DNA of 64,000 nucleotides from Clostridia bacterium (GCA_017631325.1 JAGBTM010000053.1:7729-71728); one strand, 5' to 3'; positions 21,110 through 31,153 are shown, numbered from the stretch's first letter. Numbers and translations: made by a program. The notes: generated from the sequence alone by a model not told the origin.

Positions 21110-21162
21110 AAAAACAGCCGAAGCTTCAAGACATAAATCTTTGAAAATTGGCTGTTTTTTGT
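21110..21162. terminator. Bidirectional terminator
   Basis: AAAAACAGCC...GGCTGTTTTTT between convergent genes. Confidence 0.65.
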
Positions 21163-21219
21163 TGTTTTTGTATTCTTTTGTTTACACTTTTAGCTCTTCG
21201 CACAGGTTAAAGGGGCGGC

Positions 21220-21687
21220 TTACGTTCTGTCATTAATGTATTTTATTACCTCACTTGGCAGTATTCCGGAAAGGTCGCCGCCACTCTTTATCGTATCTCT
21301 TGCGAGGGTGGAGCTTATATTCTCGTAGGCCGTATCGCACTTCCAAAGCTCAGTTTCATATCCACCGTTTTCTTTGTTCCACTCGGACTGCTCTCTTTCC
21401 CACGGCAAATCCGCCTCGGTTCTGTATCCCTTGACTATCTTGTCGATTTCATGCTCTCGCATATAGTCTATAACAAGGCCGTCCGAGTAGCTTACCATAA
21501 CGTTATCGAGGCTGTCGGTAGCAAGAATTAACATTCTCACCCTGTCGTCAAGCGAAAACGAGTATTTTTTATTAGGATTTGTAAAAATTACGGCATAAAC
21601 CTCGTCGTACTCACGACTCGCTCGCTTTATTATTTCAAGATGCCCGAGCGTCACAGGGTCATAGCTTCCCGGCAAAATTACCTTCAT
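21220..21687 (-). CDS. coaD: Phosphopantetheine adenylyltransferase
   Basis: PGSYDPVTLGH and ISST motifs; follows rsmD. Confidence 0.92.
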   Translation of the reverse strand: MKVILPGSYDPVTLGHLEIIKRASREYDEVYAVIFTNPNKKYSFSLDDRVRMLILATDSLDNVMVSYSDGLVIDYMREHEIDKIVKGYRTEADLPWEREQSEWNKENGGYETELWKCDTAYENISSTLARDTIKSGGDLSGILPSEVIKYINDRT

Positions 21688-21699
21688 TTTATCCTCTTC

Positions 21700-21822
21700 C
21701 TTTTCTTCCCTTTTTGAATAGAGTTCTCTTCCCTTTTTGAATAGACTTTTCTTCCCTTTTTGAATAGAGTTCTCTTTCCTTGTTGAATAGAGTTCTCTTT
21801 CCTTGTTAAATAGACTTTTCTT
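21700..21822. repeat. 23-bp tandem repeat (TCTTCCCTTTTTGAATAGAGTTC-like), 5 copies
   Basis: Direct inspection; ends at the coaD RBS. Confidence 0.85.
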
Positions 21823-21943
21823 TATTCGGCTATGCGAGAGTTTGTTTTTATGCTTTATGGCAAACGGCAGGCCGCGGCAAAAAAGAGCTTTTATTCACCC
21901 GGTATAAAGACCCGGCTCGCCGTCGCTTAAATCTTAGACAACC

Positions 21944-22513
21944 TTACTCCTCGCCTCTGTAAATCAGAACGTTGACGCTCGTCTTTTTACCGTAATCCTG
22001 CGACCTTATCAGCTCGTAGCCCGAAAGACGTTGGTCGTTTATATCAATTTTCTCCTCTCCCGACTCAAGCACGACGATAGCACCCGGTATTATAAGCTCG
22101 GCTCGTACAAGAGCGGCGGCTGCATCTACACAGCACCCAAGGTCGTACGGGGGGTCAATGAACACAAGGTCAAATTTTTCCCTACCCGACGCTTTTCTTA
22201 TATAATTTCTAAAATCCGAAACGAGAAATCGGCTTTTTTCAAAAAAGCTCGTAGCCACAGCGTTCTTTTTTACTATCTCCATAGCTTCGCGCGAGGAGTC
22301 AACAAACATACATCTCTCGGCTCCGCGTGAGAGCGCCTCGAGTCCCATCTGTCCCGAGCCTGCGAATAAATCGAGTACTCTGCGGTTTTCTATATCAAAC
22401 TGAATCGACGAAAATATAGCACCCTTAATTCTCTCAGAGGTCGGACGGGTGGCCTCACCCTCAAGAGTAAAAAGTCTTTTACCCTTTGCCGAGCCTGTAA
22501 TTATGCGCATCAT
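21944..22513 (-). CDS. rsmD: 16S rRNA m2G966 methyltransferase
   Basis: MRIITG...RPT, LDLFAGSG and DPPY. Confidence 0.93.
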   Translation of the reverse strand: MMRIITGSAKGKRLFTLEGEATRPTSERIKGAIFSSIQFDIENRRVLDLFAGSGQMGLEALSRGAERCMFVDSSREAMEIVKKNAVATSFFEKSRFLVSDFRNYIRKASGREKFDLVFIDPPYDLGCCVDAAAALVRAELIIPGAIVVLESGEEKIDINDQRLSGYELIRSQDYGKKTSVNVLIYRGEE

Positions 22514-24350
22514 TTTCCTTTTTTCCCCTTTTGCTTTTCTTAAAATAATCAACTACCCTCTCAGCGTCCGAGCGTCCTATACCCTTAACGGTAAGAAGCT
22601 CCTCTGCGGTAGCGCTCTTGATTTTGCCAAGAGGCATACTTTTAAGCAAGGCCCTCGCCTTTGCAGGACCAATGCCCTCTATCTTCTCAAGTATTGAATG
22701 CGTAAGCGTTTTCGTCTTGGCCTTGCTTGAGGATTTTACCGCAAATCTATGCGCTTCTTCCTGCAAATTGTAAACAAAACCGTACACATCGAACTCTTTC
22801 GCAATAGAAATCTCGTGCTCGAGGTCGCACAGCGCGCGCGTTTTGTGATAGTCGTCCTTAACCATTCCAAACACGGGAATGTCGAGCGAGGCGCTCTCCA
22901 GCACCTCTCTTGCAACGGCAACGTGTCCTCTGCCGCCGTCAACCAAAATAAGTCCGGGTGTATCGCCGAGCGATGCCGTTGCGTCTCCGATATGAGCCAC
23001 CCTGCGCGAAATAACCTCACGCATTGAGCCGTAGTCATCAGCCCCCTTCGTGCTCTTAACCGAAAACAGACGGTAATCGCTCTTTTTGAGTCTTCCGTCC
23101 TGCCAAACTACCATCGAGCCGACTATATTTTCGTTTCCTATATTCGATATATCGTAGGCCTCTATGCGCTCGGGTATCTCACCGAGGCCGAGAAGCTCGG
23201 ATATGCGCCTTATATTCTTATCCTCCCGCTCGCCCTCGAGCGTCTTTTGCTTTGCAGACTCGCGAGCGTTATCGAGCGCCATATCACACAGCGCGCGTCC
23301 CTCACCCCTCTCGGGTGTCCTTGCGTAAACTCTGCGTCCCGCAAGAAGCGAAACGTAGTCCGACAGAAGCTCTAAATCCTCTTTTTCGGCCGAAAATCCA
23401 AGCATAATTTCTTTCGGGAAATTATCCGTACCCTCGTAATGCGAGGCGATAAGTGATATAAGCTCCTCGGAAGATGGCTCGTCGAGTGCCGAAACTATAA
23501 ACTCATTCTTATTAATAAGCGCGCCTGCGCGTATCGAGAGCATAGCCAACGCGCCCACAACCTCGGACGCGAAGAACGAAAACACGTCGCGTGAGGCCGA
23601 CGCATCTGCCACAACCTTTTGCTTCTCCGAGAGCTTATCAAGCGCCATGATGCTGTCACGAAGCGTTGCCGCGCGCTCGAATTCAAGCGCCCCTGCAGCA
23701 CGTTCCATCTCTCTTTCAAGGCTCCTTTTAGCCGCGTCGGAGCTTCCCGAAAGAACACGCTCAGCGCCCTTTACAAGCTCTCTGTATTCCTCTGCCGTAA
23801 CCGAGCCTGCGCAGGGTGCCACACATCTGCCTATATCTCTGTAAATACACGGTCGCACTCGTCCTATATCCTTTGGAAAGGAGTGCTTGCAGCTCGGGAG
23901 CATAAACACCTTCATAACGGCTCCGAGAGCAGCGTGAGCCGCTGAGGAGCCACTGTAAGGGCCAAAATAACGCCCACCGTCGCTTTTTCTCTCCCTCGTT
24001 ACGAAAAGACGAGGATACTCGCCCTGACTAACCTTAATATACGGATATGACTTTGCGTCCTTCAGTTTTATATTATACTTAGGAGAGTGCTTCTTTATCA
24101 GCACGTTTTCAAGCGTCAGGGCCTCTATCTCGCTCTTACAAACGATGTAGTCAAAATCCCTGACCAGCGACACAAGTTTTGCGGTTTTTGTGCTCTTGTG
24201 CGTTCCGACAAAATAGCTCGATACACGGTTTTTGAGCTTCTTGGATTTGCCTACGTACAAAACAGCCCCGTCGGTGTCCTTCATTATATAAACACCGGGA
24301 CCCTCGGGAAGCGAATTTGCCTTGTCCCTCAAGCGTTCAATAACCGTCAT
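22479..24350 (-). CDS. uvrC: Excinuclease ABC subunit C
   Basis: GIY-YIG (GVY...YVGK), RIEAYDIS, VDGGRG and C-terminal HhH. Confidence 0.95.
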   Translation of the reverse strand: MTVIERLRDKANSLPEGPGVYIMKDTDGAVLYVGKSKKLKNRVSSYFVGTHKSTKTAKLVSLVRDFDYIVCKSEIEALTLENVLIKKHSPKYNIKLKDAKSYPYIKVSQGEYPRLFVTRERKSDGGRYFGPYSGSSAAHAALGAVMKVFMLPSCKHSFPKDIGRVRPCIYRDIGRCVAPCAGSVTAEEYRELVKGAERVLSGSSDAAKRSLEREMERAAGALEFERAATLRDSIMALDKLSEKQKVVADASASRDVFSFFASEVVGALAMLSIRAGALINKNEFIVSALDEPSSEELISLIASHYEGTDNFPKEIMLGFSAEKEDLELLSDYVSLLAGRRVYARTPERGEGRALCDMALDNARESAKQKTLEGEREDKNIRRISELLGLGEIPERIEAYDISNIGNENIVGSMVVWQDGRLKKSDYRLFSVKSTKGADDYGSMREVISRRVAHIGDATASLGDTPGLILVDGGRGHVAVAREVLESASLDIPVFGMVKDDYHKTRALCDLEHEISIAKEFDVYGFVYNLQEEAHRFAVKSSSKAKTKTLTHSILEKIEGIGPAKARALLKSMPLGKIKSATAEELLTVKGIGRSDAERVVDYFKKSKRGKKENDAHNYRLGKG

Positions 24351-24384
24351 AGCTCTCTCCTCTCTATTATTTTAGTTTACTTTT

Positions 24385-24440
24385 CTAAAAAGCAAGGGCG
24401 GCCGTGGTAGTCCTATATGACAACCGGCGAGCCGCCCTTG
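24385..24440 (-). terminator. Long intrinsic terminator-like hairpin
   Basis: CAAGGGCGGC (24393-24402) pairs with GCCGCCCTTG (24431-24440), followed by a T-run on the minus strand. Confidence 0.65.
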
Positions 24441-24453
24441 ATGTGAAATTTAG

Positions 24454-24589
24454 TGCCGCGCTGGCGGTTAGCGAGCTTCACGCTCACCCTTACGAGAAAA
24501 TCAGGAGGCCCTTCGGTCTCTCCGAGAGGAAAATCCGAGCAATAAAGCCCGCCTCTATAAGAGCAATCCAAACCTTCGTCAGCTCTGCA
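24454..24589. ncRNA. Candidate structured RNA/element of unknown family
   Basis: Ends pair (GCTGGCG/CGTCAGC) and enclose hairpins GAGC-TTCAC-GCTC and GGAGG...TCTCC; GC-rich intergenic DNA. Confidence 0.35.
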
Positions 24590-24597
24590 AGAAAAAT

Positions 24598-24867
24598 TTA
24601 GCGAACATCTCCAAGCTCGCCCTCTACGAGAGAGGCAAGTCCTTCTACCGCGAGGTTCTCATCGGTGCCGTCTGCTATAAGCGTTATCTCGGTATCCTTT
24701 GAAATGCCGAGAGAAAGCACACCGAGAAGGCTCTTGGCGTTGACGCGACAGTCCTCCTTTTCAACCCAAATAGAGCACTTATAGCAATTCGCCTTTTGAA
24801 CGAAGAAGGTCGCCGGTCTTGCGTGAAGTCCAACGCTATTACGGATAGTTACGCTGCGAGAAATCAT
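24598..24867 (-). CDS. ptsH: Phosphocarrier protein HPr
   Basis: GLHARPA (His15) and VNAKS (Ser46). Confidence 0.93.
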   Translation of the reverse strand: MISRSVTIRNSVGLHARPATFFVQKANCYKCSIWVEKEDCRVNAKSLLGVLSLGISKDTEITLIADGTDENLAVEGLASLVEGELGDVR

Positions 24868-24900
24868 GGTTCTCTCTCCTTAAGAGTTCTTAGTATTTCA

Positions 24901-24929
24901 AGTATAACAAATTTATAAATAAAAATCAA
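24901..24929 (-). promoter_or_regulatory. sigma-A promoter of ptsH
   Basis: TTGATT-17 bp-TATACT with TG extension. Confidence 0.6.
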
Positions 24930-25021
24930 TAGGTTTTGACAAAAATAATATTAAACTTTCGCGCGTTTTACGGGTGTTTTTACAGCAGAATGCATAATTT
25001 ACGCCCGTTTTATAGCGTCCT

Positions 25022-26839
25022 TTAGCGTATTTCTATGTCGATAGCAGAGGAGTCAACGTCACGCGTGTCGTCGTAATAAAGAACCTTGTCGTCCACTTCC
25101 TTTTTCGCTATTCTGAGAGTTGCGCTTCCTATTCCAAACACCGCAAAAAAGAGATAGAATACGCTCTCCTCGGCCCATATATACTCGGTAGCGCCGTAGC
25201 AAATCAATGCAAAAAGGGCAGACGAGACAAAGGGCGCAAGCGTGCTTATCTGAGAGTGCTTGATATACGAGTGATACATAACCCTGTGTCTTATACGGAC
25301 GGGAAGCAAAAGCGCAAAGCATATAAGAGCGCCAACACCTGCCTCGAGACCTATCTCAAGGAAAATATTCCTTGAATTAAGAAAACCCTCAATGCCGTAT
25401 TTTCCCATCTCCATAGCAAAGCTCTCGCCACCGATACCTATTCCGAAGAAAATATTGTCCGAAAACGCCGAGGCCGTCGCGCGCCAAAGGTCCTTAAGCT
25501 CGGAAATTTTATCTATACCCGGCACGTAAGCTAAAACTGCATCAACTATATTCTCAGGCAGGAAAAGAACGGTATACGGAATGAGAAAAGCAAGTATAAA
25601 AAGCGGAAGTGCAAGCGACTTTGTTTTAAGAATGTAATAGGCCAGCGCACCAAGCAAAAGAGCGAAGACGGAAAAAAACTCTCCCGTGAGCAAAAGCGCT
25701 ATGAGGTTCAGCACAATTACCGCAAAATTCGCTACACGCCCCCACCCCTTTGACTGTTTCAAGAGCGCTGCCGAGAAAAGTATCGACACTATGAAAAACG
25801 CAGCCGCCGTATCGGTTGAAGAAAAGCTGGAGCTTACTCCCCGTCCGACAAGAGACCCAAAATCACCCCTCGACAGAGCCGAAATAAGCGTGTAAAGTGA
25901 TATAAGGGAAGGCGCCAGAGATGAAATCACCACGGCCCCGAGAGCCGAGTCGGCAATACGTCTGTTTGTTATCAGATTTCCCGCAAGAACGTAGCCGAGA
26001 GCCATCGCAACCATAATAAGCGAGCTTGTAAACGACTCGCTTCCCTTTATAAAAATTCCGCTTATCAGAATAAAGGTAAGCATAAGAGCTATAAGAAAGT
26101 CGTACTGCTCAAAAAACACGACACGCTTGCCGCATATTACCTTTCGTATAAAGGATACGAAGCCCACGGTCAGCGATATTGCAAAGACGGTCGTGGAGTT
26201 TGGAATATACGAAAGATACGGTATCGCCATAAGCGAAAGAAGAAGACAAAACTCAGGCGACAAAAAGGTTATATAAACGAGAAGTAAAACCAGCACAAAA
26301 ACCGCAACGAAATATGCAGGCACAAAGTATCCGACAGCGCCAAGCAGCGCACCGAGAATTGCACCGAGCCAGCTCGGGAAGGTTTTGGTGTTTTCTCTAC
26401 CGCTAACCCGCTTAATACAGAAAAACTCAAAGAGTATAAAATCCGCAGCTTTGTTCTCCTGAAGAAGATGCGCCATCGGCTTGTCAAGAAGCAAAAGAGG
26501 TATTGAAACGAGCGAAGAGGCAATTCCTATTATCAGGGACGAGATAAGCCTTGCGCCCGAAATCTCAATGTAATCGGCAAGAAAATAGAGAAGAAAGCAC
26601 GCAAGTCCGTACGAAAGAAATGCGGCCCCATAGGTCTTTGTCGAGGTAAACGCAAGGGTGTGCGAAAATTTATCTCCCACGCGAGTGAGCATAAGAAAAA
26701 CGTTTTTGCTTCCGCTGTGCGTTATAGAGCCGCTATAGCTCCGACTAAAGAAGCTCTTTCCTGCCCCGCTCTTAGCGCCAACGCGCCCATCTGCGTCCTC
26801 ATATCCATTTAAAAAATCAAGTAACGGTCTACGAGCCAT
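25022..26839 (-). CDS. Polytopic membrane protein, O-antigen ligase/Wzy-like
   Basis: Many TM segments; FFGIGIG...NSRNIFLEIGLEAG resembles the Wzy_C loop (canonical His not seen). Confidence 0.55.
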   Translation of the reverse strand: MARRPLLDFLNGYEDADGRVGAKSGAGKSFFSRSYSGSITHSGSKNVFLMLTRVGDKFSHTLAFTSTKTYGAAFLSYGLACFLLYFLADYIEISGARLISSLIIGIASSLVSIPLLLLDKPMAHLLQENKAADFILFEFFCIKRVSGRENTKTFPSWLGAILGALLGAVGYFVPAYFVAVFVLVLLLVYITFLSPEFCLLLSLMAIPYLSYIPNSTTVFAISLTVGFVSFIRKVICGKRVVFFEQYDFLIALMLTFILISGIFIKGSESFTSSLIMVAMALGYVLAGNLITNRRIADSALGAVVISSLAPSLISLYTLISALSRGDFGSLVGRGVSSSFSSTDTAAAFFIVSILFSAALLKQSKGWGRVANFAVIVLNLIALLLTGEFFSVFALLLGALAYYILKTKSLALPLFILAFLIPYTVLFLPENIVDAVLAYVPGIDKISELKDLWRATASAFSDNIFFGIGIGGESFAMEMGKYGIEGFLNSRNIFLEIGLEAGVGALICFALLLPVRIRHRVMYHSYIKHSQISTLAPFVSSALFALICYGATEYIWAEESVFYLFFAVFGIGSATLRIAKKEVDDKVLYYDDTRDVDSSAIDIEIR

Positions 26840-26995
26840 TTTGCCCCCTCCAACGCAGATATCTGCGTAAACTAAACTTTACTTATCTAAGCAAAGACAA
26901 TAAGCGCTTATCCACCTAAAAATCACAATGCGCTTTTTCCCTCGGCTGATGCCACCTCTTTGCTTGTAAAAACGCGGCGAATATTTTTTGTATCA

Positions 26996-27176
26996 TGTGT
27001 TTTAACACGCTCCGTGTTTTTGACTTTAGCGCCGTTTTTTAACACGCCGCGTGTTTTTTACCTGTGACACTGTGTTTTTTAATACGCCACATATTTTTGC
27101 CTTTAACGCTGTATTTTAACACGCTCCGTGTTTTTGACTTTGACGCTGTGTTTTTTAACACGCCCCCGTGTCTTTT
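26996..27176. repeat. About 39-bp tandem repeat, 5 copies, each with an AACACG-N-CGTGTT mini-palindrome; last copy overlaps the trmD stop
   Basis: Direct inspection. Confidence 0.85.
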
Positions 27177-27919
27177 GAGCTTTTGCGCCTCTGTTTTTTC
27201 GGCTTTGGCTTCAAGCTCTCCACTATATCTGGCCGAAGAGCAAGAAGGTCAGGACGGCGCTCGGCCGTTATTTTTACAGCCTCCTCTAGACGCCATCTTT
27301 CAATTTTTTTATGGTCACCCGAGAGAAGAACCTCGGGAACCTCCCTGCCCATGAACTCGCGCGGCTTTGTGTACTGCGGATATTCAAGTATTCCCGACGC
27401 CACCGACTCACCCTCGTAACACTCGCTCGATGCGAGCACTCCGTCAACAAGTCGCGATACGGCGTCGATAACTATGCAAGCAGGTATTTCCCCACCCGTC
27501 ACAACGTAGTCGCCAATAGAGATTTCCTCGTCTACAATCTCGTCAAGCACCCTCTGGTCAACGCCCTCGTAATGACCGCAAAGAAATATAAGGTTATCGT
27601 ATTTTGACAGCTCAAGTGCCACCCCGTGTGAAAAAATACGTCCCTTAGGCGACATATAAATCACACGCCTTGAGTTTCCCTCGGGAATACTCTCAACAAC
27701 CGACCGATAGCAGTCGTATATAGGCTGACAGCTCATAACCATGCCAACACCTCCACCGTATGGCGTGTCGTCGGTCTTGCGATGCTTATCAAGTGAAAAA
27801 TTTCGTATATTGTGACAGCGAGCCTCAATCAGCCCTGCCGTCTGCGCTCTGCCGATAATACTCTCGGAAAGCACGCCCGACACCATCTCGGGAAAAAGCG
27901 TCATTACGTCAAATCTCAT
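27155..27919 (-). CDS. trmD: tRNA (guanine37-N1)-methyltransferase
   Basis: DDTPYGGG, CGHYEGVDQR and SIGDYVVTGGE. Confidence 0.96.
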   Translation of the reverse strand: MRFDVMTLFPEMVSGVLSESIIGRAQTAGLIEARCHNIRNFSLDKHRKTDDTPYGGGVGMVMSCQPIYDCYRSVVESIPEGNSRRVIYMSPKGRIFSHGVALELSKYDNLIFLCGHYEGVDQRVLDEIVDEEISIGDYVVTGGEIPACIVIDAVSRLVDGVLASSECYEGESVASGILEYPQYTKPREFMGREVPEVLLSGDHKKIERWRLEEAVKITAERRPDLLALRPDIVESLKPKPKKQRRKSSKDTGAC

Positions 27920-28424
27920 CGTCCGAAAACAGTCCGGGGATAGGCAAAACGCGAACCCCCTTATCGCTTATCTCCTTTATAAACTCTTGGACACCCGGAA
28001 CGAGCACCTCTCGGCCCTCGTATTTCACGGTATAAATTCTTCGTCCTGCGGTATCCGAAACGTCCGAAATCTCACCGAGCGGCTCTCCGCTCTCGGCGTG
28101 AAACACAGGAAGTCCTATAATATCGGCTATAAGCATATCCCCGCGTTTTACGGGAATATCACTTCTGTGAAGATACAGCGTCCTGCCCTTAAGCGCAACA
28201 GCCTCATCTCTGTCCGACACGCCCTCAATCGTCATAATAACCGCCTCGCCCGATGCCGACGCAGAAATCACGCGCCTTTCGGTAAAAGCATCCTTCGTCT
28301 TAAAAAATATTCTCTTTTGCTTTGCCAGAACCGACGCGCTGTCGCAAAAATGCTCAACCTTTACAGCTCCACGCACTCCGTGTGCCGTCAGTATTCTGCC
28401 ACCCTCAAGATATTCACGCTTCAT
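27909..28424 (-). CDS. rimM: 16S rRNA processing protein
   Basis: HGVRGAVKV, DIIG and IPGL end; overlaps trmD. Confidence 0.9.
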   Translation of the reverse strand: MKREYLEGGRILTAHGVRGAVKVEHFCDSASVLAKQKRIFFKTKDAFTERRVISASASGEAVIMTIEGVSDRDEAVALKGRTLYLHRSDIPVKRGDMLIADIIGLPVFHAESGEPLGEISDVSDTAGRRIYTVKYEGREVLVPGVQEFIKEISDKGVRVLPIPGLFSDDEI

Positions 28425-28448
28425 AGGATACCTCGCTTTCTTCTTTTT

Positions 28449-28477
28449 ATTTTAGCACATTATAAAAATAAAATCAA
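28449..28477 (-). promoter_or_regulatory. sigma-A promoter of rimM-trmD
   Basis: TTGATT-17 bp-TAAAAT with TG extension. Confidence 0.6.
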
Positions 28478-28551
28478 GAGTAATAAAGTCATAAGCGGTA
28501 AAAAGCAAAAATTATAATTTACAAGCACTAATACTATAGCAGCGAGAAAGA

Positions 28552-28594
28552 CAAAACGGCTCTGCCAAGTTATCCTTGAGAGAGCCGTTTTTTA
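28552..28594 (-). terminator. Terminator at the end of the sipW operon
   Basis: AAAACGGCTCT...AGAGCCGTTTT hairpin. Confidence 0.7.
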
Positions 28595-28792
28595 TTAATT
28601 TACGAAACAATTTTTTAAATTTGGGTCATCAATACACGGCGCACCGAATACACGGGAAGCCTTAAGCGCTCGAAGCTTTTTGCCTTCGCCACCTGATAAT
28701 ATCGGGATAAGCGTCAACAACCAGAGCAAATACTATCCGCGAAAGCAAATTATCTGAGCACAGGCGAGCGCCGTGATTGCTTTAACAAATTA

Positions 28793-31063
28793 TCAGTTGT
28801 GGCAAAGGCCGTCCGCAAGATGTACAGTATCAGAGAGCTTGTAATCGTTGTTGATTACAGATGCGTCACAGTAATACTTTGCGTATCCTGCATAGCGGTA
28901 GTCGCCGTAAATCCAGTATGTGCCGCTTACTACCACGGATTTGTCACCCTCGGTAGCCACAGCGTTGTCAAACACCTCGTAGTCAGTGGGATTTGAGCAA
29001 ATCCACTCAGCCTCAACAATGCAGCCCTCAACAACGGTTTCGTTCTGAGAGAGACCGCAAAGTCCGCCTGCGTTATAGGTGCCGTAAATCTCTGTGTTCT
29101 TTACAGAGCAGCCCTTGAAGGTAGTTACTCCGCCGGGATCAGCCGCGCCGCCAATAAGCGCGCCAACCTTACCGAAGCCTATTACCACGGAGTCAACGAC
29201 GTGCACGTTCTCGAGCGTTACGGTGCCGTAAGCATAGCCCGCTACGATACCGTACATATTGCCGTTCTGAATCTTGTAGGAGGCGTCGTATCTCGACACG
29301 GATGCGCCCTCAAAGGTTACGTTCTTAACAACTGCGGGGCCAACAAGGTTTGCAAAGAATCCGTTTCCGTATCCTGCGTCCTTCTCAACCTCAAGGTTGT
29401 AGATTGTGTATCCGTTACCGTCAAAGGTTCCGTAGAAGCACTTGTGAGTGCTGGGACCGATAGGCTCCCATTTGCTGCCCGCAAGGTCAATGTTCTGACT
29501 GAGCTTAACGGTCTTGCCGTGGAAGGTATTTCCTGCTGCTACGAGCGCGGAGAAGCCCGCAAGCTCTTCTGCCGTGCCTATTACGAACTCGCTTGCCGCA
29601 GAATCGTACCAGGTGCTGTCACTGCTGCCGTCCCAAGCGTCAACCATTATAATCTCGTTATTTTCCTCAACGAAATCAAAGTCTGAGACGAGCGTGTCGG
29701 TCTCGTACATATAAGGAACGCCCTTAGTCGCGTCGTCAAGAGCATCTCCTGCCTGACAGCCGTAGAAGGTGCTGTTCTTGATAACTACGCTTGCGTCAAA
29801 GCCCGCGCCGTCGTTACCGGAGCCGATAGCAATACCGGGCTTCTTGCTGATGAGCTCGAAGGTACAACCGTCAACAGTAACCTCGGTTACGTCAGTGCCG
29901 TACTTCTCCTCGATTTTAAGTCCGCGAGTACCCTTGAAAACGCAGTTCTCAAAGCTTACGGCTCCGTCACTTACCCAAGCGGCGTAAACGCTGTCCTCTT
30001 CGGTGAGGAAGGTACAGTTTCTGAAGGTTGCGTTGCTGTCAGCCTCGAGCATAATACCGCTCGTAAAGGTAACGTTCTCAAAATAAAGGTCGCCGCCAAG
30101 CTCAAGATAAGTAAACTCCCAAGCACTCTCGTTATAGGATACCGAGTTGTCTACGATAGTCATATCCTTGAAGGTGAGAGAGCCGTTAGCATTCGCAACC
30201 GCGCTTACGCCGGCACCGTCAAATACGAGATACGTGCTGTCCGCACCGTATCCGAGAAGGGTGATGTTGTTCGCGTGGCTCGGAGCTATGTCGCCGACAC
30301 CCGACTGTCCCTTGGTGGTAAGCTTGGAATATCCGCTCCACTTATAAGTGAAGTCAGCGTTGTCAAGAGCACCGAGTGCTCCGTTTATATCCATAGCGGT
30401 CTGTGCCGAGCTGCCGCCCTGAGCCGAAACCTCGTCGGTAACGTCAGCATTTCCCTGTACCGCCTGAAGTGTGAGAACAATACCCACGCTTCTCTCTGTG
30501 CCGGGCTCGCTCTGAACCTCGTTGCCTACAGAATAAGGAAGCTCGATAGTAACCTCGATTACGTTATCCTCAAGCTGAGTTTCTCTTGCAAGATACTTCC
30601 AGAAGGTAACTCCGCCATTCATGGCATAATCTACGCCCTCGATGTTAGCGCTCGCCACAAGAGCCGATTTAAGCGCCTCATCAGAGCCGTCGGTATAGCC
30701 CATAGCAACTCTGTACTGTACGTCAACGTTGGAAAGATTCTCAACGTTGATATTTACCGTAACCGCGTCACCGGGAACTATGTTCACGAGCTTGATATCG
30801 CCCTCTCCCATTACCTCAGCGTATCCGCCCGTAGCAAAGTATGCCTTTCCATCGGTAGCCTCAGACATATAAACGTCAGCGCCCCTAGAGGTTGCAACAA
30901 GAGATGTCGAATCGAGCTTTGCCGTCATCTTTACCGTACCCGAGCTTACGGCTATGTTAACCGTATCCTCGCTGGTAAAGATAGCATAGGTTGCTCCCGC
31001 AATCATGCTCACGCACATAACAATGGTAAGCACTGCGGAAATTATAACATTTCTTCTTTTCAT
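28793..31063 (-). CDS. SipW-dependent TasA/CalY-like protein with large C-terminal beta-helix-like passenger
   Basis: Signal ending GATYA-IFTS; N-domain motifs VPGD and LPYSVGNE; repeated (F/V)ENxxF rungs; GTFDGNGYTI module. Confidence 0.75.
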   Translation of the reverse strand: MKRRNVIISAVLTIVMCVSMIAGATYAIFTSEDTVNIAVSSGTVKMTAKLDSTSLVATSRGADVYMSEATDGKAYFATGGYAEVMGEGDIKLVNIVPGDAVTVNINVENLSNVDVQYRVAMGYTDGSDEALKSALVASANIEGVDYAMNGGVTFWKYLARETQLEDNVIEVTIELPYSVGNEVQSEPGTERSVGIVLTLQAVQGNADVTDEVSAQGGSSAQTAMDINGALGALDNADFTYKWSGYSKLTTKGQSGVGDIAPSHANNITLLGYGADSTYLVFDGAGVSAVANANGSLTFKDMTIVDNSVSYNESAWEFTYLELGGDLYFENVTFTSGIMLEADSNATFRNCTFLTEEDSVYAAWVSDGAVSFENCVFKGTRGLKIEEKYGTDVTEVTVDGCTFELISKKPGIAIGSGNDGAGFDASVVIKNSTFYGCQAGDALDDATKGVPYMYETDTLVSDFDFVEENNEIIMVDAWDGSSDSTWYDSAASEFVIGTAEELAGFSALVAAGNTFHGKTVKLSQNIDLAGSKWEPIGPSTHKCFYGTFDGNGYTIYNLEVEKDAGYGNGFFANLVGPAVVKNVTFEGASVSRYDASYKIQNGNMYGIVAGYAYGTVTLENVHVVDSVVIGFGKVGALIGGAADPGGVTTFKGCSVKNTEIYGTYNAGGLCGLSQNETVVEGCIVEAEWICSNPTDYEVFDNAVATEGDKSVVVSGTYWIYGDYRYAGYAKYYCDASVINNDYKLSDTVHLADGLCHN

Positions 31064-31153
31064 CTTTTCTCCAAATTATCTTCACGCTACAGTCTGCGTT
31101 TTTTGTGCAAACTGTAATATATAGTTTGCATTTTGAGCTTTAATCAGCCTAAA

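Noticed and set aside
24500-24590. Hammerhead ribozyme (CTGACGA on minus strand) or glycine riboswitch (GGAGAGACCGAAGG)
   Set aside because: No correctly placed GAAA/stem II for a hammerhead, and the glycine aptamer CTCTCAGG end is absent.
26996-27176. CRISPR array
   Set aside because: The period is only ~39 bp, the 'spacers' are short and similar to each other, and there are no cas genes. The same applies to the arrays at 691-850, 17246-17338, 21700-21822 and 54875-55100.
28630-28780. ncRNA downstream of the 756-aa gene
   Set aside because: Only an 8-bp CACGGCGC/GCGCCGTG pairing was seen, which is insufficient evidence.
30275-31117. 280-aa + strand ORF (and the 221-aa ORF at 31934-32599)
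   Set aside because: Antisense shadows of the SipW substrate genes.
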